64,000 nucleotides of DNA from Alphaproteobacteria bacterium (GCA_965261735.1 OZ253470.1:2112001-2176000), one strand, 5' to 3'. Positions 9,441 through 21,800 are shown, counted from the stretch's first letter. The notes: generated from the letters alone by a model not told the origin. A program made the numbers and translations.

Positions 9441-11258
9441 ATGAGACTCACCACACCTGGGTTGGCGGTCGCGTTAGTGGCGCTGGGGATTGCCGGCGCC
9501 GCCGCCGAGGAGAAGGTCACGGTCAGCCATGCGCTGTCCCTCACCGGGAGCCCCAAGTACGGGCCCGACTTCGAGCAGCTCGACTATGCCAACCCGGCGG
9601 CACCCAAGGGCGGGGTCTTCCGCCAGCACGCCATCGGCAGCTTCGATACCCTCAACCCGTTCATACTGAAGGGCGCACCCGTGGGCGGGACGGGCCTCAC
9701 CTTCGAGGCGCTGATGACGTCGACGAGCGATGACATGTCCGCCGAATACGGGCTGCTCGCCGAGAGCATCGAGGTACCCGACGATCTTACCTGGGTTGCC
9801 TTCACCCTGCGCCCCGAAGCGCGCTGGCACGACGGCACGCCGGTCACGGTCGAGGACGTGATCTTCAGCTTCGAGACACTGAAAGCCAAGGGCCGCCCCT
9901 TTTACCGCTTCTACTATGCCAACGTGGTCAGCGCCGAAGTGACCGGCCCGCGCAAGGTCACCTTCCGTTTCACCGGCCAGACGAACCGCGAGCTTCCGCA
10001 GATCATGGGCCAGCTGCCGATTCTGTCGAAGGCGTACTGGTCGACGCGCGACTTCGAGAGGGCGACGCTCGAGCCGATGCTCGGCAGCGGCCCCTATCGC
10101 GTCGCCGCGGTCGAGGCCGGGCGCTCGATCACCTACGAGCGCGTTCCCGACTACTGGGGCAAGGATCTACCGATCAACCGCGGCCGCTTCAACTTCGATC
10201 GGCTTCGCATCGACTACTATCGCGACGATACGGTGGCGCTCGAGGCGTTCAAGGCCGGGAAGTACGACTTCCGCCTCGAGTCGACCTCCAAGGTTTGGGC
10301 GACGCTCTACAACTTTCCGGCGCGCACGAAGGGCGATGTCATCAAGACCGAGGTGCCACATTCGCGGCCCACGGGGATGCAGTCCTTCGTCTTCAATACC
10401 CGCCGCGACAAGTTTCGCGACCGCAGGGTGCGCCAGGCCTTGGCGCACGCTTTCGACTTCGAGTGGAGCAACAAGACGCTGTTCTATGGGCAATACACCC
10501 GCACCTCGAGTTACTTCTCCAACTCCGAGCTGGCCGCTCGGGGCATGCCGACCCAGGCCGAGCTCACGATACTCAACCCGTTCCGCGGCGTGGTGCCCGA
10601 CGAGGTGTTCACCGACCTGTATCAGCCGCCGATCACCGGCGGCTCGGGCAACATCCGCCGCAACTTGCGGACCGCCAGCAAGCTGCTCGCCGAGGCCGGC
10701 TGGGTGATCCGGGGCGGCAAGCTAGTGTGGCCCGAGACCGGCGCACCTATGGAGATCGAATTCCTCCTCGTGCAGCCCGCGTTCGAGCGCGTGGTGTCAC
10801 CGATCATCAAGAACCTCGAGCGCCTTGGCGTCGTCGCGGGCATTCGCACGATCGACAGTTCGCAGTACATCAACCGCATTCGCGAGTACGATTTCGACAT
10901 CGTCGTCAGCAGCTGGGGCCAGTCGGAATCGCCGGGCAACGAGCAGCGCGATTTCTGGAGTTCGGAGGCCGCCGACCGCCCGGGCAGCCGCAATCTCGCC
11001 GGCATCAGGGACCCGGCGGTCGATGCGTTGATCGAGAAGATCGTCGCCGCGCCCGACCGCGCAAGCCTCGTCACCGCGACGCGCGCGCTCGACCGGGTGC
11101 TGCTGTGGGGCCACTACGTCATCCCCAACTGGCATATCCGCTTCGAGCGCATCGCCTACTGGAACAAGTTCGGCAAGACCGGCGAGACACCGAAATACGG
11201 CATCGATTTATTCGCATGGTGGATCGACCCGGCCAAGGCAGCGGCGCTCGGGCAGTAG
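9441..11258 (+). CDS. yejA: YejA-family ABC transporter substrate-binding protein (paralog 1)
   Basis: Signal peptide, DYANPAAPKGG, FDTLNPFILKG, ARWHDG, SESPGNEQRDFW. Confidence 0.9.
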   Translation: MRLTTPGLAVALVALGIAGAAAEEKVTVSHALSLTGSPKYGPDFEQLDYANPAAPKGGVFRQHAIGSFDTLNPFILKGAPVGGTGLTFEALMTSTSDDMSAEYGLLAESIEVPDDLTWVAFTLRPEARWHDGTPVTVEDVIFSFETLKAKGRPFYRFYYANVVSAEVTGPRKVTFRFTGQTNRELPQIMGQLPILSKAYWSTRDFERATLEPMLGSGPYRVAAVEAGRSITYERVPDYWGKDLPINRGRFNFDRLRIDYYRDDTVALEAFKAGKYDFRLESTSKVWATLYNFPARTKGDVIKTEVPHSRPTGMQSFVFNTRRDKFRDRRVRQALAHAFDFEWSNKTLFYGQYTRTSSYFSNSELAARGMPTQAELTILNPFRGVVPDEVFTDLYQPPITGGSGNIRRNLRTASKLLAEAGWVIRGGKLVWPETGAPMEIEFLLVQPAFERVVSPIIKNLERLGVVAGIRTIDSSQYINRIREYDFDIVVSSWGQSESPGNEQRDFWSSEAADRPGSRNLAGIRDPAVDALIEKIVAAPDRASLVTATRALDRVLLWGHYVIPNWHIRFERIAYWNKFGKTGETPKYGIDLFAWWIDPAKAAALGQ

Positions 11259-11279
11259 ATCGAGCCCGAGGGCGCGGCA

Positions 11280-13130
11280 ATGCGGGAGCAGGTGATGAAA
11301 GCGTGTGGGCCCGCGACGGGGGCGATCGTGGCCCTTGCCCTTTGCTTCGCCGCCAGTGCGGCAACCGCCGAGCCCAAGCACGGCATATCGGTGTTCGGCG
11401 ACCTCAAATACGGGCCCGATTTCGCCCACTTCGAGTACGTCAACCCGGACGCCCCCAAGGGCGGCGAGATGCGGCTCTCGTTCATCGGCTCGTTCGACAA
11501 CCTCAATCCTTATATCCTCAAGGGTGATGCCGCGGAGGACGCGGGGCTGCAGTTCGATACCTTGATGGCGGCGGCTGGCGACGAGCCGGACGCGCTCTAC
11601 GGCCTCGTCGCAGAGGGCATCGAACTGGCACCGGACCGCTCGTGGGCGTTGTTCACCCTCAGGTCCGAGGCACGCTGGCACGATGGCAGCCCGATCACCC
11701 CCGAGGACGTCGTCTTCTCCTTCGAGACGCTCAAGAGCAAGGGCCACCCACGCCTAAGGCTCGTCTACCGCGACATCGAGGGCGCCGAGGCGGTGGCGCC
11801 AAATCAGGTCAGGTTCCGCTTCAAGCCCGTGGAAAACAGGGATCTGCCGGTCATTGCCGCAGGCCTCCCGGTGCTCTCGAAGGCCTACTTCAGCGCCCAT
11901 CCCTTCGAGCGCACGACACTCGAGCCGATCATGGGGTCCGGTCCCTATCGGGTCGCCAAGGTCGAACCGGGGCGCTCGGTCACCTACCGCCGGGTGACCG
12001 ACTACTGGGCGCGCGACCTGCCGGTCAACCGCGGCCGCTACAACCTGGATGTGATCCGCTACGACTACTACCGCGACCGCGACGTCGCCATGGAAGCGTT
12101 CAAGTCCGGGGACTACGACTTCCGCGAGGAATTCACCTCCAAGGTTTGGGCCACGGGCTACAACTTTCTTGCGATCGAGCGCGGATGGGTGGTGCGCGAG
12201 ACCCTACCCGACGCGCGGCCCGCGGGAACGCAGGCCTTCTTCCTCAACGTCCGCCTCGACAAGTTCGCCCACCCCAAGGTGCGTGAAGCGATCGGTTACG
12301 CCTTCGACTACGAGTGGCTGAACAAGAACATGTTCCACGGGCAATATGGCCGCACCCGCAGCATGTTCCAGAACTCGCCTTTGGCCGCGAGCGGCCCGCC
12401 CTCGACCGCCGAGAGCGCCGTGCTCGAAGCGTATCGCGACCAGCTCCCGGCGCACGCCTTCACCCAGGAGTACAACCCGCCGGCGACCGACGGTAGCGGC
12501 AACATCCGCGGGCAGCTGCGCGCGGCCGCCAAGCTGCTCGCCGAGGCCGGTTGGGAGATCAAGGACGGCGTGCTCGTCGGGCCCGACGGAGCGCCGCTCG
12601 AGATCGAGTTCCTGATCGACGAGCCCACGTTCGAGCGCATCATCGGCCCGTTCATCAAGAATCTCGAAAAGCTCGGCATCGCGGCGCGCATTCGTACCGT
12701 CGATTCGGCCCAGTACCAGAACCGCTTCGAGCAGTTCGACTACGACGTGGTCGTCGCTCGCTTCCTGATGTCGATGACGCCGGGGGTCGAACAGCGCAAC
12801 ATGTGGGGCTCCGAAGCCGCCGACCTGCCGGGCAGCTACAACCTGAGCGGAATCAAGAATCCGGTCGTCGATGCGCTGATCGAGCAGGCCGTCGCGGCCC
12901 CCGACCGCGCCAGCCTGACCACCATCGTGCGCGCGCTCGACCGGGTGTTGATGTGGAACCACTACGTCGTCCCGCAGTGGTACAAAGCGGTGCACAACAT
13001 CGCCTATTGGGACAAGTTCGCGCGCCCGGCGATGAAGCCGAAATTCGCGCCCGGCTATCACGACACCTGGTGGTTCGATCGAGACAAGGCCAAGGCCCTG
13101 GAGGTCGCGCGCAGCGGCAGCAAGGGGTGA
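11280..13130 (+). CDS. YejA-family ABC transporter substrate-binding protein (paralog 2)
   Basis: Same motif set (YVNPDAPKGG, FDNLNPYILKG, RALDRVL); start could be 11295. Confidence 0.9.
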   Translation: MREQVMKACGPATGAIVALALCFAASAATAEPKHGISVFGDLKYGPDFAHFEYVNPDAPKGGEMRLSFIGSFDNLNPYILKGDAAEDAGLQFDTLMAAAGDEPDALYGLVAEGIELAPDRSWALFTLRSEARWHDGSPITPEDVVFSFETLKSKGHPRLRLVYRDIEGAEAVAPNQVRFRFKPVENRDLPVIAAGLPVLSKAYFSAHPFERTTLEPIMGSGPYRVAKVEPGRSVTYRRVTDYWARDLPVNRGRYNLDVIRYDYYRDRDVAMEAFKSGDYDFREEFTSKVWATGYNFLAIERGWVVRETLPDARPAGTQAFFLNVRLDKFAHPKVREAIGYAFDYEWLNKNMFHGQYGRTRSMFQNSPLAASGPPSTAESAVLEAYRDQLPAHAFTQEYNPPATDGSGNIRGQLRAAAKLLAEAGWEIKDGVLVGPDGAPLEIEFLIDEPTFERIIGPFIKNLEKLGIAARIRTVDSAQYQNRFEQFDYDVVVARFLMSMTPGVEQRNMWGSEAADLPGSYNLSGIKNPVVDALIEQAVAAPDRASLTTIVRALDRVLMWNHYVVPQWYKAVHNIAYWDKFARPAMKPKFAPGYHDTWWFDRDKAKALEVARSGSKG

Positions 13131-13139
13131 ACCGGCGCT

Positions 13140-14252
13140 ATGTTCGCCTACATCGTCCGCCGACTGCTGCTCATCATCCCGACCCTGTTCGGGATCATGG
13201 TCATCAACTTCGCCGTCGTGCAGGTGGCGCCGGGAGGTCCGGTCGAGCAGCTGATCGCGCAGATCACCGGCACGGCGGTCGATGCGACGGCGCGCATCGG
13301 CGGTAGCGCCGGCGGCGAGCTCGGCCCCGGCCAATCGAGCGGCGGCACCGCCGCCAGCGACGTCACCAGCAAGTATCGCGGCGCGCGCGGTCTCGATCCC
13401 GAGTTCATCAAGGAGCTCGAGCGCCTCTACGGCTTCGACAAGCCGCTGCACGAGCGCTTCATCCACATGATGGGGAGCTACCTGCGCTTCGATTTCGGCG
13501 AGAGCTATTTCCGTGACCGCTCGGTCATCGACCTCGTCCTCGACAAGATGCCGGTGTCGATCTCGCTCGGCCTGTGGACGACGCTGATCGTCTACCTCGT
13601 CTCCATACCGCTCGGCATCCGCAAGGCAGTGCGCGACGGCAGCACCTTCGACGTGTGGACGAGCGGTGTCATCATCGTCGGCCAGGCGGTGCCGAGCTTC
13701 CTGTTTGCGGTGCTGCTGATCGTCCTGTTCGCCGGCGGCAGCTACTTCGACTGGTTCCCCTTACGCGGGCTGACCTCGGAGAACTGGGCGGAACTATCGG
13801 GGCCCGAGCGCATCCTCGACTATTTCTGGCACCTCGCGCTGCCGATTCTGTCGCTGGTGATCGGCAGCTTCGCGGGGCTCACCATGCTGACCAAGAACTC
13901 CTTCCTCGATCAGATCAACCAGCAATACGTGCTGACCGCCCGCGCCAAGGGGCTGAGCCAGCGCCGCGTGCTCTACGGCCACGTGTTCCGCAACGCCATG
14001 CTCATCGTCATCGCCGGTTTTCCGAGCGCGTTCATCGGCATTCTGTTTACCGGCGCGCTCCTGACCGAGATCATCTTCTCGCTCGACGGCCTCGGCCTGC
14101 TCGGCTTCCAGGCCGTGATCAACCGCGACTATCCGGTCTTCCTCGGCACCCTGTACGCGTTCACGCTGCTCGGCCTCGTCATGACCATCATCAGGGACCT
14201 GATGTACGTCATCGTCGACCCGCGCATCGACTTCGAGACGCGCGAGGTCTAG
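13140..14252 (+). CDS. yejB: YejB ABC permease
   Basis: [45 protein letters not shown]. Confidence 0.93.
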   Translation: MFAYIVRRLLLIIPTLFGIMVINFAVVQVAPGGPVEQLIAQITGTAVDATARIGGSAGGELGPGQSSGGTAASDVTSKYRGARGLDPEFIKELERLYGFDKPLHERFIHMMGSYLRFDFGESYFRDRSVIDLVLDKMPVSISLGLWTTLIVYLVSIPLGIRKAVRDGSTFDVWTSGVIIVGQAVPSFLFAVLLIVLFAGGSYFDWFPLRGLTSENWAELSGPERILDYFWHLALPILSLVIGSFAGLTMLTKNSFLDQINQQYVLTARAKGLSQRRVLYGHVFRNAMLIVIAGFPSAFIGILFTGALLTEIIFSLDGLGLLGFQAVINRDYPVFLGTLYAFTLLGLVMTIIRDLMYVIVDPRIDFETREV

Positions 14253-14257
14253 GGGCC

Positions 14258-15407
14258 ATGAGCGAGCGCATCCTCGGAATGAAGCTCACGCCGCTCGGGC
14301 GGCGGCGGCTTCGCAACTTCAGGGCCAACCGGCGCGGCTTCTGGTCGTTGTGGATATTCCTCGTCCTCTTCGCCGCCACCCTGCCGGCCGAGTTCGTCGC
14401 CAACGACCAGCCCTTGTTGGTGCGCTTCGACGGCAGCTTCTACGTCCCGGTGTTGTTCGGCTATGCCGAAACCGAGTTCGGCGGCGATTTCGCGACCGAA
14501 ACCGACTACCGCGACCCGTTCGTCAAGGAGCTCATTACCGAGCGTGGGTGGATCCTGTGGCCGCTGATCGAGTACGACTACTCGACCATCAACCTCGATC
14601 TGCCGGTGCCGGCGCCGGCGCCACCATCGGCGGAAAACTGGTTCGGCACCGACGACCAGGGGCGTGACGTGGTCGCGCGCCTGATTTACGGCTTCCGCAT
14701 CTCGGTGCTGTTCGGCCTGGTGCTCACCTTCTTCAGCTCGATCATGGGCGTCGCGGCCGGCGCGGTGCAGGGCTATTTCGGCGGCTGGACGGACCTCCTG
14801 TTCCAGCGCTTCATCGAGATCTGGTCGGGGCTGCCGACCCTGTTCCTGCTCATCATCCTGGCGAGCATCGTCGAGCCCAATTTCTGGTGGCTCATGGGTC
14901 TCATGCTGCTGTTCAGCTGGATGGCGCTGGAAGGCGTGGTGAGGGCCGAGTTCCTGCGCGCGCGCAACTTCGACTACGTCCGCGCCGCCCGCGCGCTCGG
15001 CGTCGGCAATGTCACGATCATGTTCAAGCACCTCCTGCCCAACGCCATGGTGGCGACGCTTACGTTCCTGCCGTTCATCCTCAGCGGGTCGATTACCGTG
15101 CTGACCTCGCTCGACTTTCTCGGCTTCGGCCTGCCGCCGGGATCGGCCTCGCTCGGCGAGATGCTCGCGCAGGGCAAGGCCAACCTCCAGGCGCCGTGGC
15201 TCGGCATCGCCTCGTTCCTCGTCATCGCCATCATGCTGAGCCTGCTCATCTTCATCGGCGAGGCTGTGCGCGATGCCTTCGATCCGCGCAAGATCATCGC
15301 CGCGGTCGAGGACGATGCGCCAGCGCCGGCGGCGCCGGCACTGGCCACGGCGAAGGCCGAGGTCGGCGGCGAGAGCGGCGCGCACGGCGGCGGCGGCGGG
15401 TCGCGCG

Positions 15408-15415
<8 letters not shown>
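14258..15415 (+). CDS. yejE: YejE ABC permease
   Basis: FRANRRGFWSL, GTDDQGRDVVARLIYGFRIS, RAEFLRARNFDYV, GEAVRDAFDPR. Confidence 0.93.
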
Positions 15416-17032
<1,617 letters not shown>

Positions 17033-17036
<4 letters not shown>

Positions 17037-17959
17037 AGCCGGCCGCGCTGTTCACGAGCGACTACTACCGCGCCGAGGATTGGCTGCCGGCGCTCGCCCG
17101 GCGGCTACCCGAGCTCGAGGTTCGCGTCTGGCCCGATATCGGCGCCGCGGACGAGATCGACATCGCGCTCGTCCACAATCCGCCGCCGGGCTTCTTCGCC
17201 AGCCTACCGGGCTTGCGCGCCATCATCGCCATCACGGCGGGGGTCGAGAACCTGCTCGCCGACCCCGAGCTGCCCGAGGTACCCATGGCCCGCGCCGTGG
17301 ACGAGCGCTTCTCGCTCGACATGGCCCAGTACGTGGTGTTGCACGCGCTGCGCCACGCCCGCCACATGCCCGAGGTCGTGGCCCACCAGCGCGCCCGGCG
17401 CTGGCGCCCGATGCTGCCCCGGCGCGAGGCCACCGCCGGGGTCATGGGCCTCGGCGCGATGGGCGCCACAGCGGCGCGGGCCCTTGCGGCCGTCGGTCTC
17501 GGCGTCGCCGGGTGGAGCCGCACCGCCAAGGACATCGCCGGGATCGACTGCTATTCCGGCGCCCAAGGGCTGGGGCCGTTCCTCGCCGCGACCGATATTC
17601 TCGTCTGCCTGCTGCCGCTGACCCCGGCCACGCGCGACCTGATCGACGCTGAGATGCTCGGCCGCCTGCGACCCGGCGCCTGTTTCATCAACGCCGGGCG
17701 CGGCCACCAGGTGGTCGATGCCGACCTGCTGGCGGCGCTCGACTCGGGCCAGCTCGCGCACGCCACCCTCGATGTCTTCCGCGAGGAGCCGCTGCCCGCC
17801 GATAGCCCCTACTGGGACCACCCGGGCGTGACCCTCACCTGCCACAGCGCGTCCGACCCCAACCCCGACTCGATGGCGGTCACGATCGCCGAGAACATCC
17901 GCCGCGCCCGCGCCGGCCAACCGCTGCTCGACCCCATCGACCGCGCGCGCGGGTATTGA
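17033..17959 (+). CDS. ghrA: Glyoxylate/hydroxypyruvate reductase A-like 2-hydroxyacid dehydrogenase
   Basis: GVMGLGAMG, LLPLTPAT, INAGRG, ATLDVFREEPLP, C-terminal DRARGY. Confidence 0.85.
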
Positions 17960-17970
17960 GGGGGCCTGCT

Positions 17971-18222
17971 CCGCGGCCGCAAGGCCAGCCCTGAGGACAC
18001 AAGGCGTGAGGACATCAGGCATGGGGACGCGAGGCCGCCCCATGACGCCCGAGGCCGTCCATGAGGACATGAGATATGAGGAGGCAAGCCGCCCCATGAG
18101 GAGGCGAGACCAGCCTTGAGGACGCAGGCAGGCGATGAGGGCACAGGGCCGTAGGGCACGAGGACATGAGGCATTAGAACGGCGAGACCGGCCATAAGGA
18201 CGCAAGGCGTGACGACTTCGCG
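17971..18222 (+). repeat. Degenerate direct-repeat array, ~13 units of consensus ATGAGGACRYRAGGC, some followed by a 5-nt CNNCC linker
   Basis: Units start at 17991, 18006, 18021, 18041, 18061, 18076, 18096, 18116, 18135, 18158, 18173, 18194 (weaker at 17971 and 18209). Confidence 0.85.
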
Positions 18223-18276
18223 TTGACAGGTGGCTTCGGCGCGGAGATACTAATAGGAGTTATACTCCTTTTAGTA
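18223..18276 (+). promoter_or_regulatory. Sigma70-like promoter with overlapping 13-3-13 inverted repeat (operator-like)
   Basis: TTGACA (18223-28), 17 nt, GATACT (18246-51); palindrome TACTAATAGGAGT-TAT-ACTCCTTTTAGTA at 18248-18276 with one mismatch. Confidence 0.7.
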
Positions 18277-18288
18277 GGTGTGAGACTC

Positions 18289-18687
18289 GTGCCAACCATC
18301 GAGCTGACCGAGGAAGTTTGGAAGGAGATCGCTCGACGGGGGCAATTCGGAGAGACCGAAGACGTGGTCTTGCGCCGTCTCTTCGGTCTCGAACAGATCC
18401 GCCACCCAAACCCCGCCGCGCCGGCCAATCGAAGCTCGCAGGGAACACCTCGCAGAAGATTCGCGACGGACCGGCAGTCGGTGTATTCGCGCGGTGATCG
18501 GTTGATCGTGTCCTACGAGAGTGGCGCACGCCAACAGTGGTCCCTACCGGCCCAGGACGACAAGCTCTCTATTCGCCGCTTGATCGACGAAGTGACGGTG
18601 TTCGGCCATGCGAACGGCGCCACTCACGGGCAGGTCTTGGCGCTCCGCAAATGGCTCACCGAACGCGGCTGGCACCTGACCAAGTAG
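18289..18687 (+). CDS. Hypothetical DNA-binding protein with SeqA-N-like ribbon-helix-helix N-terminus
   Basis: GTG start. MPTIELTEEVWKEIARRGQFGETEDVVLRRLFGL follows the pattern of the SeqA N-terminus (MKTIEVDDELYSYIA...GESASDILRRML). The C-terminal domain is not recognised. Confidence 0.7.
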   Translation: MPTIELTEEVWKEIARRGQFGETEDVVLRRLFGLEQIRHPNPAAPANRSSQGTPRRRFATDRQSVYSRGDRLIVSYESGARQQWSLPAQDDKLSIRRLIDEVTVFGHANGATHGQVLALRKWLTERGWHLTK

Positions 18688-18702
18688 CGACCGCCGCTGC
18701 CC

Positions 18703-19056
18703 TCAACCCTCGATCTGTTCGCCGGCCTTGGTGATTAGCCAGGCGAAGTCGCTCAGGTACACCGAGCCCTTGATCGTCGGCAGGACGAGCACGCTGCGCC
18801 GGTCGGCGCCGTCGCGCGACCGCCGTACGAAACCGAGCCGGCCCAGCGAATCGAGGGCCCGCGTGATCGCCGGCTTGGAGACGTTGAGGGTGGCGGCCAG
18901 GCTACCCGCCGTGTGCGGCTCCGGCGTCAGGTACACGGTCAGCATGAGCGCCATCTGCCGGGCCGAGAGATCGGGGCCGTCGCGGCGCACGTTTTGGACC
19001 AGCGCCTCGCGCCACAAATTGAGCGCCTGCCGCATGGTGTAGCTTGCTTCCGTCAT
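18703..19056 (-). CDS. MarR-family transcriptional regulator
   Basis: DLSARQMALMLTVYL, NVSKPAITRALDSL, DRRSVLV; sits directly downstream of the M17 aminopeptidase gene. Confidence 0.9.
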   Translation of the reverse strand: MTEASYTMRQALNLWREALVQNVRRDGPDLSARQMALMLTVYLTPEPHTAGSLAATLNVSKPAITRALDSLGRLGFVRRSRDGADRRSVLVLPTIKGSVYLSDFAWLITKAGEQIEG

Positions 19057-19138
19057 GCCGCCTCTCCGCGGCTGCCAGATCGTTCCGGTTCCGGTTTAAT
19101 ATAGCACGGATTGCCGCCAGCGGTGCGGCGGCCGGCGA

Positions 19139-20462
19139 TCAGCCCGGATAACGCTCGGCGATCAAGGCGTAGAGTGCGCGCAAGCCTTGCGCCTCGCCGC
19201 CGAGGGGGCGGCCGGGCCGAGGTTTATGGCTCCAGGCATAGAGGTCGAGATGGGCCCAGCTCGCGGCACCGGCGACGAAACGCTGCAGGAACAGCGCCGC
19301 GGTGATGGCGCCCGCGAAGGGCGAGTCGCCGGCATTGTCGAGGTCGGCCACCCGGCTGTCGAGGACAGTCGCGGTAGGGCGCCCATAGGGGCAACCGCCA
19401 CAGCGGGTCGGCCTCGGCCTCGGCGTGGCGGGCGAGCGCGCCGGCGAGCGCATCGTCGGGCGTGAACAGGGCGGGCAGGTCGGGGCCGAGGGCGCTCCGC
19501 GCGGCGCCGGTGAGGGTTGCGCAATCGATCACCAGATCGGGCGCCTCCTCGCCCGCGAGCGCCAGCACATCGCCTGGCCGGATCGCATTGCCGGCGACGC
19601 TGTTCTCGACCGCCGGGATCAGCACCCGCAGCCGCACCGGCAGGCGCGCCGCCATGATCATTTGGGCGAGCCCGAGGACCGTGGCGGCGCCGCCCATGTC
19701 CTTCTTCATGAGCCGCATGGTGCGCGCCGGCTTAAGGTCGAGGCCGCCCGAATCGAAGCACACGCCCTTGCCGACGAGGGTCACCTTTGGTGCCGACGCC
19801 TCGCCCCAAGCAAGATCAATGAGGCGCGGCTCCCGCGTGCTCGCTCGCCCCACCGCATGGATGGCCGGCAGGTTTCGCGCCAATAGGGCGTCGCCGGCGA
19901 TGGTTTCGCAGGTGGCGCCGTGCGCCTGGGCGAGATCGGCGGCCGCGGCGGCGAGCTCGGCCGGTCCCATGTCGGCGGCCGGCGTGTTGATGAGATCGCG
20001 CACGAGGAAGACGGCGCGCACGCAGCGCACGACGTGATCGGCATCGGCCGCCGCCGGGGTCAGCAGGGTCGCGGCGTTCTCGTTCGCGCCCGCCTTATAG
20101 CGGGCGAAGCGATAGCCGCCGAGGGCGAAGCCGAGCGCGGCGTGGGTCGCTTCGCCGGCTTCAAGGGCGGCGTCGATGCGGTAGGCGGCGGCCGGCAGCG
20201 CACCCGGCAACACCGCATAGGCCCACGGGTCGATCTCGTCCGCAACCCCGAGGGCCACACCGGCAAGAACCCCGCCCTCGCCCGGCACCAGCAGCACATG
20301 GCCCGCCTTGGCGGCAAAACCCGCACGCTCGACCCACGCCGCAACGGCGGCGGGCTGCGAGCGCCGCCACGCATCGAGCCCGGCGGGCGTGAGCGGCCAA
20401 ATCGGGATGGCGCCCGAATCGGGCGCGGCGGGTGCGACGGGGGCGGCGGTGTCGTCGGACAT
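19139..20462 (-). pseudogene. M17 leucyl aminopeptidase family pseudogene
   Basis: LVGKGVCFDSGGLDLK and MKKDMGGAA are present. The NTDAEGRL catalytic segment is missing (RPGDVL joined to ALAGEE) and there is a +1 frameshift near 19365. Confidence 0.88.
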
Positions 20463-20686
20463 GGCACGGACCTGATATGTAGGCGGGGATAGGAGCGGAC
20501 TCTGCATCAACAGTCTCTCACCAGCCCCGTGCCGGCAACCCCGCGAGGCTCGGTATTGGTGCCGCCGAGGTGCGGCACCTAATCTCGGAGCGTCCGCCCC
20601 GCCGCGCGGGCACGTTGGCCCGCTCGCGCCTCGGCGCTCGAGGAGATCGGACGGCAACTCGCCGCGATTGCCGAGCCGGGCCGCAA

Positions 20687-21030
20687 TTAGCAGAGATCGA
20701 GGGGCTCGATCGCACGCAATACGGCGTCCGGTTGCGTGCGCGTCATCGCCATCAGGTCGTGCTTGTCGGGCGACACCTCAGACGGCGCGCCGCTATGGCC
20801 GACGACCACATCGTCCCAACCGTCGCCGTTGAAATCGCCGCGCGCGACGATCTCCAGGTAGCGCCCGCCACGCTCGGTTAGCACGACCAGCAATTCCGCG
20901 CTCGGCACTTCGACCAGCGGCGTGTCCTCGAAACGGCGCCATGGGACGCCCTTGTCGTTGGCGGCGCGGGCCCGACAGTACTGGTCATCGGAGGGGTTGG
21001 GCATCAGGACCGCCGGCAGGTAATCTGCAC
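20687..21030 (-). pseudogene. 3' remnant of a protein with an FG-GAP-like motif, fused to the transposase remnant
   Basis: GDFNGDGWDDVVVG motif; no independent start; in frame with the ISKra4 C-terminus. Confidence 0.5.
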
Positions 21031-21800
21031 GTGGACTGATGTTGTCGTTGGCCGGTGTGTCGGTTGCGCTGATCAGGGCCTTCCATGCGCGCTCGAAGCG
21101 GCCGGATTTGATCAGGGCGCGGAAGGTCAGAACAGCCTGTCCGCCGACGATCCGCCAGCGCATGCCGGAGCGCTTCATGCGCTGTGTCACCAGGGATCTT
21201 GTTGGCAGCCTCGACCACGCCTGAGCCGATGGCGATGCCCTCTTCCTTCAGGGCGTGGTAGCGCATGCGATGGCGATGCTTGCGGAAGAAGGCGAGTTCC
21301 CGCTCGGTCTCGGCCCGGTCCGGCGCAGCGGCGGCATCGCGAAGGTGGCGCAGCGCCCGGATCACCTTGGCGACGCCACGGGGATCGTGACGGAGGATCT
21401 CGCGGTACTTCTCGAACCAGCCGGGCGCCACGGCATGGTCGGACGCGGTTTGCAGATGTTCGCAAGCATGCCAGAAGTCGATCACCTCGGTTTCGGGCGA
21501 CAGGGTCTCCAGGAAGGTCCAGTTGTCGGCGGCGCCATCGGCGATAGCGACGATCCCGATCTCGGGGCGTGCTCGCCTGATGTGTGCGACTTCGCTTGCA
21601 AGCTGCGCCTTCAGCGTGAGCTTGCCGCTCTCCGGCATGGGGCCGAGATAGAGGGTCTTCAGGCGCTTGCCCTCGGCGTCGTGGAAGGAGACCGTGCCGC
21701 AGGCGGCCTCGCGCCAGGAGGCCTTGGCGCGACCGTCCTCGCCGGGTCTCAGCGGCACCATGACGCCGTCGAGGGAGACCGAGGCGTCGGCGGCGAGCGG
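21031..21800 (-). mobile_element. ISKra4-family transposase remnant (5'-truncated, frameshifted)
   Basis: VSLDGVMVP, AIADGAADNW, IDFWHACEHL, IGSGVVEAANK, then +1 shift to LVTQRMKRSGMRW. No terminal repeats recognised. Confidence 0.82.

Noticed and set aside
9441-13130. Tandem duplicated YejA substrate-binding genes
   Set aside because: Two SBP genes ahead of yejBEF is a known arrangement in Alphaproteobacteria; not novel.
17971-18222. Repeat array as a CRISPR
   Set aside because: Units are only 15 nt, degenerate, and separated by 0-8 nt; there are no unique spacers and no cas genes in the window.
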